From Candidatus Adlerbacteria bacterium (GTDB lineage Bacteria > Patescibacteriota > Minisyncoccia > Phycocordibacterales > SBAW01), in NCBI GenBank assembly GCA_963796795.1, contig CAWCNA010000013.1, positions 11,571 through 75,570 on the forward strand: DNA of 64,000 nucleotides, read 5' to 3'. Below are positions 33,882-43,809 of the stretch, piece after piece (position 1 is the first letter of the stretch; each line of letters begins with the position of its first letter). Position numbers and translations under genes: made by a program. Below the pieces are notes generated by a model. That model was not told the DNA's origin and did no database searches. It was given only the letters and a program-made list of their open reading frames with translations.

Positions 33882-34664
33882 TTACTGTTGGCCGTTTTGA
33901 CAGTTTCCAAAAATGAAGCACAGTGTCTTTTCTTGCGAATATGAGACGCTTGCCGTCTGCCCTTTCTGCACCGTTACCGTTGTATCCAAGCCCAATGACC
34001 CGAAAAAGGTAAATGCCAAAACTACGGCTCCTAAAGCCGTTACTCCTGTAACTGCTAGCGCCGTTACAAAAGGATTTCTTTTTTGTACGCGTCTTTCTTC
34101 TACTATCACTACCGGCTTCTCTGCGGGCGCAACATATATCGCCGCCGCAGGCACCGTTCTCGGTATATCGTTTGTTCGTTTTTGTATAGCAGGAAACAAC
34201 GGGCCCGAATCCGAGATATAGGTAAGCCCCGTTTTTTTTATCGGCACACTCCGAACAGGCTCTGAAATAAATACTTCTTCTTTTCGAATCGGGACAACAT
34301 ACTCGGTCGGAGCAGGAACAGGCTTGGCCGAAACGTTGGTAGGCACGACGGTGCCGGACATAGGAGAATTTTCAACAGGAAATTCTCCGCGTTGAGGCGA
34401 GCTTGGTTCCTGCGCAGGTACATATGTTTTTGCGACTATCTGTACTGGGGTAGCCGAGGGAGCAGGCGATATGTAGGTCTTGCTCTCCTTGTTGAGGTAG
34501 TCGGCAAACGAGCGTTCTTCCACGTACCATGCCCGGCCCACCTTGGTACCCAAAATCTTGCCTCCACGGATAAGCTGGCCGATATAATCCGAATGGTACT
34601 TGTTTTCCTTGGCAATACGTTTAGACGAGATGTATCGCTTCCCCGAGATTTCTAGTTCATCCAT
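33882..34664 (-). CDS. HTH-domain membrane protein (short member of the HTH-TM trio)
   Basis: YISSKRIAKENKYHSDYIGQLIRGGKILGTKVGRAWYVE HTH; Pro-rich linker; TM helix near the C-terminus. Confidence 0.8.
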   Translation of the reverse strand: MDELEISGKRYISSKRIAKENKYHSDYIGQLIRGGKILGTKVGRAWYVEERSFADYLNKESKTYISPAPSATPVQIVAKTYVPAQEPSSPQRGEFPVENSPMSGTVVPTNVSAKPVPAPTEYVVPIRKEEVFISEPVRSVPIKKTGLTYISDSGPLFPAIQKRTNDIPRTVPAAAIYVAPAEKPVVIVEERRVQKRNPFVTALAVTGVTALGAVVLAFTFFGSLGLDTTVTVQKGQTASVSYSQEKTLCFIFGNCQNGQQ

Positions 34665-34688
34665 TTGCCTACAGTATATACATATAAT

Positions 34689-34709
34689 AAAAACCCCGCT
34701 AAGCGGGGT
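34689..34709 (-). terminator. intrinsic terminator after gatB
   Basis: ACCCCGC-TTA-GCGGGGT followed by a T-tract on the minus strand. Confidence 0.7.
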
Positions 34710-34741
34710 GTGCAAAACTATGCAAGGCTAAGCCTTGCATG

Positions 34742-36142
34742 TTATCCAAGCAATTTTTTAAATTGCTCAGCAAGCGTCCCTGGGTTTGCCGAACCCTTAC
34801 TTTCCTTCATCCCCTGCCCAACCAAAAACTGAAGCACTGTTGTCTTCCCTGCTTTGTATTCAGCAGCGACACTCGGGTTGGCATCGATTATTTTCTGCAC
34901 AAGCGCGGGCAATGCATCATCGCTCGCTGCTTCAACAAGCACGCCAGAAAGTAGCGAGCTCTTTGCTTGGGGCGATGCTATCTTCCCTGCTGCATACAAC
35001 TCAACAACTTCGGCAAGCAAGTTGGCCGTCGGCAGCCATGTTGCACCGTGCCCGCCGGCAGGCAGGTCTTTTTTTCGCTGTCCTGCAATATCGTTCAAAA
35101 TAAAATTTGCAGCAATTTTAATCAGTTCAGGTTTTGTGAGTTTTGTTTCCATTTCGCTGAAAAATGCAGCGAGTTCGGCATCACCAACAAGCTGCTCGAT
35201 GTCCTGTGCTTGTAGAAGACCTAACTCGGCCAAGCGAGCGCGCTTTTGCCATGGGAGTTCGGGCAACGCAAAGTCTTTAAATTCAGCGATCTCGGAAAGC
35301 CGTAGTTTTGGCAAGTCGGGGTCAGGGAAATAACGGTAGTCGTGGCTCGATTCTTTTTTACGCTGAGAGAACGTGCTTTGAGTATTCTCGTTCCAGCCGC
35401 GCGTCTCCTGGACAACCTCGCCGCCTTTCTCAAGCAACTCGATTTGTCGAGCCACTTCATACGCAATGGCGCGTTCAACACTGCGGAATGAGTTAAGATT
35501 TTTAACCTCAACCTTTGTACCTAGAGGGCGAGGTTCAACCTCGCCACTTCCGGCGAGGTTGAACCTCGCCACGGAGATATTCGCCTCAACGCGCATCTCA
35601 CCTTTCTCCATGTTTGCCTCCCCCGCATCTAAATAACGCAGCACAAGCTGGAGCTCTCGGGCAAACGCACCGGCATCTTCAGCAGTGTGCAGTACCGGCT
35701 CGGTAACAAGCTCCATCAAGGGCACGCCTGCGCGATTGTAATCAACTAAACTTGTATCTCCTGTGTGTTGCGAGCGGGCAGTGTCTTCTTCCAAATGGAT
35801 GCGTGTGATATCTATCCCTCTCAAGTTTCCGCCGCTCACAAGCGGGTATGCGTACTGGCTTATTTGATAACCCTTCGGGATGTCGGGGTAAAAATAGCTC
35901 TTTCTATCAAATTCGGTATAGTCGGCCAGTTTGGCGCCGAGCGCTGTACCCATGCGGAGCACGTGCCGCACCGCCTCTTTGTTTATAACGGGCAAGGAGC
36001 CTGGGTGCGCCATACAGACCGGGCAAATATTCTGGTTAGGGCGCTTTTCGTCGGCATCGTTTAAACACGCACAAAACATCTTGGTGCGGGTCTTCAATTC
36101 TGCGTGGATTTCCAAGCCGATAGTAGGCCGATATTCGCTCAT
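34742..36142 (-). CDS. gatB: Asp/Glu-tRNA amidotransferase subunit B
   Basis: IGLEIHAEL, RKSYFYPDIPKGYQISQY, VEVKNLNSF, DYRYFPDPDL. Confidence 0.97.
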   Translation of the reverse strand: MSEYRPTIGLEIHAELKTRTKMFCACLNDADEKRPNQNICPVCMAHPGSLPVINKEAVRHVLRMGTALGAKLADYTEFDRKSYFYPDIPKGYQISQYAYPLVSGGNLRGIDITRIHLEEDTARSQHTGDTSLVDYNRAGVPLMELVTEPVLHTAEDAGAFARELQLVLRYLDAGEANMEKGEMRVEANISVARFNLAGSGEVEPRPLGTKVEVKNLNSFRSVERAIAYEVARQIELLEKGGEVVQETRGWNENTQSTFSQRKKESSHDYRYFPDPDLPKLRLSEIAEFKDFALPELPWQKRARLAELGLLQAQDIEQLVGDAELAAFFSEMETKLTKPELIKIAANFILNDIAGQRKKDLPAGGHGATWLPTANLLAEVVELYAAGKIASPQAKSSLLSGVLVEAASDDALPALVQKIIDANPSVAAEYKAGKTTVLQFLVGQGMKESKGSANPGTLAEQFKKLLG

Positions 36143-36153
36143 GTGTACCTATA

Positions 36154-37125
36154 TTACCGCAATGCGGCGATAAGTGTATCGCGCAGTTCTTTGACCGCCG
36201 CGTCGTCTAAGACTGAGACAACAACTGCTTCCTTCCCCTCTTGTTCAAACTTCTTCTTTATTTCTTCTATATATAGAGAGTCTCGGGTATCCGACTTCGT
36301 CAGCACGAGCAATTCTGGCTTGGCCGACAATACACCATTTTCAAACTGGGCCAGCTCGGCTCGGATAAGTTTATACTCGGCAAGCGGATCTTCCGACTCC
36401 AAGGAGACGCAGTGCACTAATAGATGTGTGCGCGAGATATGGCGCAAAAACTGCGAGCCGAGGCCCTTTCCCGCTGAAGCACCTTCGATAAGCCCAGGGA
36501 TATCGGCAAGTATAAAACCATACAGCGCCCCGAGATTTGGGTCGAGCGTGGTAAACGCGTATGCACCAACTTTGGCAGTTGCCCCCGTGAGCGTATTTAA
36601 GAGGGACGATTTGCCGGCGTTAGGCAAACCTATCAACCCCGCATCCGCAATAAGGCGCAGTTCGATATGCAGCATGGCCGTCTCGCCACGCGCCCCCGGG
36701 GTGCACTCCATGGGGCTCTGGTTCGTGGACGATTTAAATGCAGTGTTCCCGGCCCCGCCGCGGCCACCCTTCAACACCATCATCTCCTGCCCCTCCTGTA
36801 TCAATTCAAATTCCTCGCCCGTGTTTTGATTGCGGACAATGGAGCCGACAGGCAGGTCGAGAAAATAATCTTCTCCCGCCCTGCCGCCCCTGTTTTGATT
36901 TTCTCCATCGTTGCCATCCTCGGCTTGGAATTTTTTCTCGCCTCGGTAGCGCGAGAGCAGGTTAATGTCCCGCACGCCGCGTATGTAAAAATCACCGCCG
37001 TTGCCGCCGTTGCCGCCCGAAGGGCCGGAATATTCCTTGCCCTTCTCGTGCAGCCAGCGCACGACGCCATCGCCGCCCTTGCCAGCACGTGCGGCAACGT
37101 CTAATTCATCAACGAAAGATGCCAT
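36154..37125 (-). CDS. obgE: GTPase Obg (no C-terminal domain)
   Basis: Gly-rich Obg fold; GLPNAGKSS, YAFTT, DIPG and TKSD G-motifs. Confidence 0.95.
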   Translation of the reverse strand: MASFVDELDVAARAGKGGDGVVRWLHEKGKEYSGPSGGNGGNGGDFYIRGVRDINLLSRYRGEKKFQAEDGNDGENQNRGGRAGEDYFLDLPVGSIVRNQNTGEEFELIQEGQEMMVLKGGRGGAGNTAFKSSTNQSPMECTPGARGETAMLHIELRLIADAGLIGLPNAGKSSLLNTLTGATAKVGAYAFTTLDPNLGALYGFILADIPGLIEGASAGKGLGSQFLRHISRTHLLVHCVSLESEDPLAEYKLIRAELAQFENGVLSAKPELLVLTKSDTRDSLYIEEIKKKFEQEGKEAVVVSVLDDAAVKELRDTLIAALR

Positions 37126-37126
37126 A

Positions 37127-37261
37127 CTAAAAACCCTTAAATAGCCACCACACAATGAGCGCCAGTATCACAAGCGCCACAACCTTAAACAAGGGCTTTA
37201 CAATAAATTTGAGAAGCAGCAACGCTACAACTATAACAATCACAATAGTGAGCCAATTCAT
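37127..37261 (-). CDS. 44-aa membrane peptide
   Basis: Read manually: MNWLTIVIVIVVALLLLKFIVKPLFKVVALVILALIVWWLFKGF*, filling the ccdA-obgE gap. Confidence 0.65.
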   Translation of the reverse strand: MNWLTIVIVIVVALLLLKFIVKPLFKVVALVILALIVWWLFKGF

Positions 37262-37278
37262 AATCGTATCCTAGCAGG

Positions 37279-38039
37279 CTATAAGTGGTTGAGCAATGAG
37301 TTGTACCCGAGGTGTGTAAAGACGTCGCTTGCCCACTGCACAAAAAATCCCATGTATCCAAACATCATATAAAGGCCAAAAATCACCAAGATTCCGCCTG
37401 CGACTTTTGAAAGCAGCGAGACTGCCCCCTGCATGCGCGCAAAAAATTTACCGGCACTCCCTATCAGATAGGCCGTTAGCAAAAACGGAAGCCCGAGCCC
37501 GAGCGAAAACACAAACAATAATAATGCGCCCTGCACTGCTGTAGCAGAAGTTGATGCAAATAAAAGTACCGTGCCCAGAATGGGGCCAATGCAGGGTGTC
37601 CACCCGAGGGCGAACAACATGCCGATGAGGAATGAACTTTCAGGCCGGCCTATAACGATAAAGTGAGGGGCGCGGATGCGCTTTTTCAGAAAAGCAGCAC
37701 GGGGATCTTTATCCATCCAAGCATCGTCAGGCCAAATAAAATAATGATGAGACCCGCCGCTCGGCTTATAAACGGCCTCCATGGCCCGAGCAGGCCGCCG
37801 ATACTCGCCGCAAACAACCCGAGTGCAATAAATACGAAGGAGAAACCGATGACAAAACACAGCGCGTTTTTCATCACACGCCGCTTGGCTTCACGCGCAC
37901 CTGTTTTAGCAACTTGCGCTTCAGGCACGCCGGCAATAAACGCCAAATACCCAGGTACTATTGGCAAAGTGCAAGGGGCAAGAAACATCAACACTCCAGC
38001 AAGAAATGCGGCAGGTATGAGGGAAAGCGCGTCAGGCAT
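37279..38039 (-). CDS. ccdA: CcdA/DsbD-beta family thiol-disulfide membrane protein (frameshift ~37688)
   Basis: FLAPCTLPIVP and GWTPCIGPIL conserved Cys motifs lie in two frames. Confidence 0.85.
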
Positions 38040-38455
38040 TACTCTTCTATTGTATCGCGAACAGATACAAAAAACTCCTTGTCTTTTTCGTGGGTAAGTA
38101 GTTCGGCTGCTTCATCGAGGCTAACGTAACGGGCTTCTGTGACTTCATCATCTTTCGGGTGGAGTGCATGCTGCATCGTTGTAAATAAAAATAGCGTGCG
38201 TTTCTTCATTCCCCATTCCGGATACTCCCCTGTGCCATCTTTACCAATAGAATATCGCTCATACGAGCCGAGTTCTTTCACCAATTGCAGCTGGGTGATG
38301 CCAGTTTCTTCTTCAATTTCGCGAATAGCTGCTTGCAGCAGCGTCTCCCCTTCTTCCACACCACCCTTGGGGAACGACCACGAGTTCCCGTGCTGGCACA
38401 CGAGGACAATCCGGCCGTCGGGACCTTTGATTATTCCTCCTGCAGATTCTTTCAT
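38039..38455 (-). CDS. NUDIX hydrolase
   Basis: Nudix box PKGGVEEGETLLQAAIREIEEETG. Confidence 0.92.
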   Translation of the reverse strand: MKESAGGIIKGPDGRIVLVCQHGNSWSFPKGGVEEGETLLQAAIREIEEETGITQLQLVKELGSYERYSIGKDGTGEYPEWGMKKRTLFLFTTMQHALHPKDDEVTEARYVSLDEAAELLTHEKDKEFFVSVRDTIEE

Positions 38456-38836
38456 TTATTTTTTAGCGCCAAAAACTGAAACGTACAGAAGTGCCGCTGC
38501 GAGGCCGAGGTGGCTCACAAAAAGTCCGAAGTCCAGCTGGGTTGACCAATTGTGATAGAAAAGCACCGCGAGCAACAGTACATAGAGAACGAGCAGAAGT
38601 GCGACCGGGCGAATCTTCCATCCTGTAAGAAGCGCAATAACACCAACTACTTCCAAGATAAGTGCGAGCCCGACCGCAACCCTTGCAAACGGCACGCCGA
38701 CGCCTGCCGTCATTGCCGCCTCGCCCGAAAACCCAACAATCTTGAAGAATGCCGCGATACCAAACTGAATCGCTAAAAATAACCGGGCAACCATAATTGC
38801 GCCTTTTTCATATCCGCGACTATGCATAAATTGCAT
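38456..38836 (-). CDS. DoxX family membrane protein
   Basis: ARLFLA..F..AAFFK, LEVVG...G...R, FYH motifs; four TM segments. Confidence 0.8.
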   Translation of the reverse strand: MQFMHSRGYEKGAIMVARLFLAIQFGIAAFFKIVGFSGEAAMTAGVGVPFARVAVGLALILEVVGVIALLTGWKIRPVALLLVLYVLLLAVLFYHNWSTQLDFGLFVSHLGLAAALLYVSVFGAKK

Positions 38837-38881
38837 GATGTTCTAAAAAATACTAATTAATACACCTAGAGTATATCAAAG

Positions 38882-38905
38882 AAAAAACGCGGCCTTTCGG
38901 TCGCG
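38882..38905 (-). terminator. intrinsic terminator
   Basis: Minus strand CGCGACC-GAAA-GGCCGCG followed by TTTTTT. Confidence 0.7.
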
Positions 38906-38918
38906 CTCTTGGAGAAAT

Positions 38919-39818
38919 CTACGCTTGCTTGCGATGCACTTGCGCCGCCAATGTCTTGGTACGTGCTGGGAGCTCTTCGAGCCTCTTCTTCTGTTCTTCG
39001 CTGAACAGATGCGCCGACGGAGAGTCGAGCAAGTCCTTCACATATCCACTTGTGGTACGAATGGCATAACGGTACGCGGGCTCAAGAAGCAACTTTCGCT
39101 CCTCAAGCGCCAGAACGGGGTATTGTTTTGGCCGGTCAATGTAATACTCCCCCTTCTTACCCTCCCAGGCAACAAAGTCGTGCGCCTGGTGCCAATTGTT
39201 GGCGAGAATGCCGATAAAAAGCGTGCGCTCCTCATCCGTATACTTCCCACCTTCGGGAAGATAGCGCTCCGGCTTAAGCATTGGCCAATACGCTTCGTTC
39301 AAATACCCAAAGACACGCAAACGCTGTTCTAAATTCAGCTGAAGTTCGCCCTTCTTATTAAGTGTAAGGATGGTTTTTGCCCTGTCACTCAGTCGGGCTT
39401 TGGAATCGAGAGCTCCGGCGAGTAGGAGATGAAACTCCTTCTCGTTCAACGCGAGCTCTTTTGTGCGCCCAAGCGCCCGATACGCCCATGCATCATTAGC
39501 GATGATGCGCGCAAGCGCCTTTTCGCGGATCTCGGCGCTCGTATCGTGCTTAAGCACTTCTTCGACACGGCTGAAGTACTTTTCGTCGAGCAAACGCGCA
39601 GCGAGCCGTGACACCAAGTCAACATGGCGTTCGAGCCCTTCGTAGTATCTACCGCGCAACGCGAGGTAGATATATTCGACGTTTTCAGCACCCACTAAAT
39701 ATTCGAGGATGCTGCGCTTGGACATGCTGTTGAGCCCGCGCACGGACGACAAGATATCGTACGTGACCTTCTCGTTGTGGGGCCGGACAAGTGGCAGAAT
39801 GCGTGTGACGTCAACCAT
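38919..39818 (-). CDS. hypothetical helical protein
   Basis: 299-aa ORF with AGAGGAG RBS and its own terminator; no motif recognised. Confidence 0.7.
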   Translation of the reverse strand: MVDVTRILPLVRPHNEKVTYDILSSVRGLNSMSKRSILEYLVGAENVEYIYLALRGRYYEGLERHVDLVSRLAARLLDEKYFSRVEEVLKHDTSAEIREKALARIIANDAWAYRALGRTKELALNEKEFHLLLAGALDSKARLSDRAKTILTLNKKGELQLNLEQRLRVFGYLNEAYWPMLKPERYLPEGGKYTDEERTLFIGILANNWHQAHDFVAWEGKKGEYYIDRPKQYPVLALEERKLLLEPAYRYAIRTTSGYVKDLLDSPSAHLFSEEQKKRLEELPARTKTLAAQVHRKQA

Positions 39819-39910
39819 TACTTCTCTCCTCTTGTTGTGATTGTTCAGCTTGAAATGTACGCAGCTAAAAAATACTCTACATTATTTTTACAAAATAGCA
39901 AGTTTTTCAA

Positions 39911-42420
39911 TTACTCCTTAACAATACTCCACCCCTGTTTCAAAAGCGGCTCGGCTTTTTTGAATTTCATCTCACGGGTTTCCGTGCCGTTGGTGATTTT
40001 CACTTTATCGTTACGACCAACGTCGGCAAAAGCCGAAGCAGAACCGGCCTCGCCTTGCGCATGCATGCCGAGCGCGTTCTGCGCAGGCACTACACTAACT
40101 GTTGGCTGCACTGCATTTTTTGTGAGATTATCCAAAATTTCAAACACGCGTGCCGCAAACATAAATTCCATGTCTTTGTAGATACGGGTACCCTCTTTAC
40201 GATATTCCGTAAGTGGGTCGCGCTGGCCATAGGCGCGCAAGTTAACACTGCCGCGGAGGTACTCCATCGACTCCAGATGTTCAACCCAGAGCATGTCCAA
40301 AGTTTGCAGCATGAGCGTACGTGCGGCACCGAGGAATTCTTCGCGGCCAAACTCAGCTTCTTTTTTACTAATAACTTGAAGTGCCTCTGCACTCTCTCCT
40401 GCCAGCTCTTTAAGTACCTGCTCAACCTCGTCGAATGAACCGGTTAGCGCTTTATAACGGGTGCCATAAATAGCCTTGCGCTGCCTGTCGAGCACGTTGT
40501 CGAATTCGAGCACGTGCTTGCGGGCAGTCGAAGTTAAATCCTTCTATTTTTGTCTGCGCACTCTCAAGCGCGCGCGTACACCATGCCGTTTTCTATCGGC
40601 TCGTCTTCGGGGATGCCAAAACGCCCCATCAAATTTTTTATAGTGTCGGGTGCAAACACGCGCATTAAGGTTGTCCTCGAGCGACACAAAAAACTGCGTC
40701 TCCCCTGGGTCGCCTTGGCGGCCCGAGCGGCCGCGCAACTGGTTGTCGATGCGGCGCGCTTCGTGGCGCTCGGTGCCAAGCACAAACAACCGCCCATATG
40801 CTTTTATTTCCTCCTGCTCTTCATTTGTGGCAAGCGCGCCGCCAAGCTTGATGTCGACGCCGCGGCCCGCCATGTTGGTGGCAACGGTTACCTTTGCCTT
40901 TTTTGCCCGCAGCTGCGACAATTTCGCCCTCGCGTTCGTGGTTTTTGGCATTCAAAATTTCGTGCGGCACGCCTTCGCGTTTTAGATATGCAGAAAGCAG
41001 TTCGTTCTTTTCAATCGAGACAGTACCGACAAGTACCGGCTGGCCTTTTTGGTGCAGCTCTTTAACTTTGCGTGCAAGTGCGGCAAACTTGCCCTTCTTC
41101 CGTTTGGAAGATAAGGTCGTTGTCGTCGTTGCGGACAACAGTGCGGTTGGTAGGAATCTCCACCACTTCAAGCCCATACACTTTATAAAACTCCTCGGCC
41201 GAGGTTTTGGCCGTGCCCGTCATGCCTGCAAGCTTGTCGTAGAGGCGAAAATAATTTTGGTAGGTAATCGACGCAAATGTGCGGCTTCTTTTTGCACCGT
41301 GACACCCTCTTTTGCCTCAATAGCCTGATGCAGGCCCTCGCTCCAGCGGCGCCCCGGCTGCATACGGCCGGTAAACTCGTCGACAATAATAACCTCGCTC
41401 CTCTTTAACCACATACTCCTTATCTTTGCTGAACAAGCGCTTTGGCGCGCACGGCAGTCTCCAAGTGGTGCACATACTTGATGCCCTTTTCGGTATAAAT
41501 ATTCTCAATGCCGAGCAGTTTTTCGGCATGCTCGATGCCTGCGTCGGTCAAGCTGTATGGCTTTTTGCTTTTCGTCCACCGTATAATCCGTCTTCCTGAG
41601 TTAGCTTTGCTGCAATGCTCGGCAAAGGTGCGGTACAGATCTTCGGACTCGGCGGCAGGCGCCGAGATAATAAGCGGCGTGCGCGCCTCGTCTATTAATA
41701 TAGAGTCAATTTCGTCGACAATGGCGTAGGAGTGGCCGCGTTGGCGCAGCTCATCGCGCTTGTAGGAAATATTGTCGCGCAAATAGTCGAAGCCAAACTC
41801 AGAGTTGGTGCCGTAGGTAATGTCGGCTTCGTAGGCCTCGCGGACGCGTACAAGGCCGCAAGAAATCGTAGAAAACTCTAAAGCTGCCCTCTTCGTCGCG
41901 CATGGCGTCCTCTTCTTTATGGCCGGCGTCGTATAGGTACGAAGCATCAGTGTTAATGATACCGACCGACATGCCGAGTGCTGCATATACCTGCCCCATC
42001 CACGCGGCGTCGCGGCGCGCCAAGTAATCGTTAACAGTAATCACATGCACGCCTTTGCCCATGAGCGCATTGAGGTATGCGGGCAATGTTGCTACCAAGG
42101 TTTTACCTTCGCCGGTTTTCATCTCGGCAATGCCGCGGTTGTTAAGCACGATGCCGCCGATGAGTTGCACATCAAAGGGACGCAAGCTTGAGTGTGCGCT
42201 GCGCGCTTTCGCGCACGGCCGCAAATGCTTCGGGCAACAGTGAGTCGACAGTGGCGCCGCCCTCCAATCGCAGGCGAAATTCTTCTGTTTTTGCACGAAG
42301 CGCATCGTCCGAAAGTGCCTGATATTCAGGCTCGAGGCTGTTTATAGTCGCAATAACTTTAGCGTTATCTGCCATCACCCGGGTGCCCGTACTCCCAAAG
42401 AGGTTTTTTAGCGAAAACAT
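39911..42420 (-). CDS. secA: preprotein translocase SecA (many frameshifts)
   Basis: [78 protein letters not shown] spread over shifting frames. Confidence 0.93.
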
Positions 42421-42496
42421 GTCCACAGACTACCATAAATCACCTGTTTTTACCCGAAAAATGACCCTACAATGCTCGCGCCACGGAGGTGACGGA

Positions 42497-42532
42497 AAAG
42501 AAAAATCCCCACCGAGGTGGAGATTTTTCTTT
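42497..42532. terminator. strong hairpin between the small peptide and secA
   Basis: AAAGAAAAATC-CCCACCGAGGTGGA-GATTTTTCTTT inverted repeat with A/T tails. Confidence 0.7.
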
Positions 42533-42576
42533 CGAGAGGATGGTAATTCAAACGCGAGTCTAAATCACCGACGCAA

Positions 42577-42621
42577 TTATTTGCGCTTCTTCTTTGCTGC
42601 TTTCTTTTTCTTTGCTGCCAT
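42577..42621 (-). CDS. 14-aa Lys-rich peptide MAAKKKKAAKKKRK
   Basis: ATG...TAA read manually; flanked by hairpins and followed by a terminator-like stem. Confidence 0.55.
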   Translation of the reverse strand: MAAKKKKAAKKKRK

Positions 42622-42806
42622 ATAATTTTGGCGACTTGCGTCGCAAATTGTCTGGACATCGACCGACCTTGTTCAAAGTTTGTCCGCGGACAACGCAATG
42701 AGCAATCTCGATGCTCTACATGTAAGTATCCGGTAAATAAAATATAGTTACAATGAATTTTAATTTCAGTATGTGGATAACTTTTTATTTTAAAAAGAAA
42801 AATAAT

Positions 42807-43805
42807 TTAAATTATTTTTACTTCGGGCTCTATTTTTATTTGTAGTTGGTCAAAAACTTTTTTTTGTACAAGTGATGCAAGCTCTTTTACATCGGTTGCA
42901 GATGCGTTTCTGCTTGCAACAATAACGAGTATTTGTTTTTCAAATACGCGGGCGCCGCCTACACGGGTGCCGTGCAACGACAATGCCTTATCCATAAGCC
43001 AGGCAATGGGTATCTTAACTTGGGATGTTTCCGGCGTCGGAAAGAATGGCATTTCTGGATATTTTAGAGAAAGCGCCTCTGCCTCCGTCTTGGAAAGAAG
43101 TGGGTTTTTAAAGAACGAACCAGCCGTTCCCTCTACCGAAATATCAGGAAATTTGCCTTTTCTAATTTCCAAAACCGCGGCGCGAATAGCTGCTAGATCT
43201 TCTGAAGAGTCTGCGAACCGCGCAGAGAGATCTTTATACGAGAGTTTCGGATTTGGCGTATGGGATAGTTTAAGTGTGGCGCGAAGAACGATATATCTCC
43301 CCTCTTCTGTTTTAAAGATACTTCCACGATACCCGAAATTGCACATCTCTTTGCTGAGCGTTCGTATCTCTTGTTCGTGAGTATCGAATACTTCTACGGA
43401 TCCTAATACTTCCGAAAGTGCCGCGCCGTATGCGCCGATGTTCTGCACAACCGCACCTCCAACCGTGCCCGGGATTCCTGAAAGATTTTCTATGCCCCAC
43501 AGATTCTTCTCCACGGCATACGCAACAAGCTCATCCCAGTTCTCGCCCGCTCCAGCGGTGATCATATTTCCCTCTTGCTCAACCCCGCTTACTTCAATTT
43601 TTATAACTACTCCGGCAAATCCCTCATCTCCAACTAATACATTAGAACCACCGCCAAGGATAAATACGGGCAGGCTTTTCTCTTTCGCAAAAGAAATTGC
43701 CTCACTGATATCATCAATATTTTTTACCGTCACGAAAAATCGCGCCTTCCCTCCTAACCGAAACGTGGTGTAGGGGGCGAGCGCGATATTTTCCTGCATC
43801 TGCAT
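42807..43805 (-). CDS. murB: UDP-N-acetylenolpyruvoylglucosamine reductase
   Basis: LGGGSNVL, IPGTVGGA..QNIGAYG, AGSFFKNP, IEPEV. Confidence 0.95.
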   Translation of the reverse strand: MQMQENIALAPYTTFRLGGKARFFVTVKNIDDISEAISFAKEKSLPVFILGGGSNVLVGDEGFAGVVIKIEVSGVEQEGNMITAGAGENWDELVAYAVEKNLWGIENLSGIPGTVGGAVVQNIGAYGAALSEVLGSVEVFDTHEQEIRTLSKEMCNFGYRGSIFKTEEGRYIVLRATLKLSHTPNPKLSYKDLSARFADSSEDLAAIRAAVLEIRKGKFPDISVEGTAGSFFKNPLLSKTEAEALSLKYPEMPFFPTPETSQVKIPIAWLMDKALSLHGTRVGGARVFEKQILVIVASRNASATDVKELASLVQKKVFDQLQIKIEPEVKII

Positions 43806-43809
43806 GTAA

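Noticed and set aside
39911-42420. secA as a pseudogene
   Set aside because: Essential gene with all motifs intact; dense indels in varied contexts fit low-quality long-read consensus.
42720-42806. Replication origin
   Set aside because: Only one perfect DnaA box, and no dnaA/dnaN nearby.
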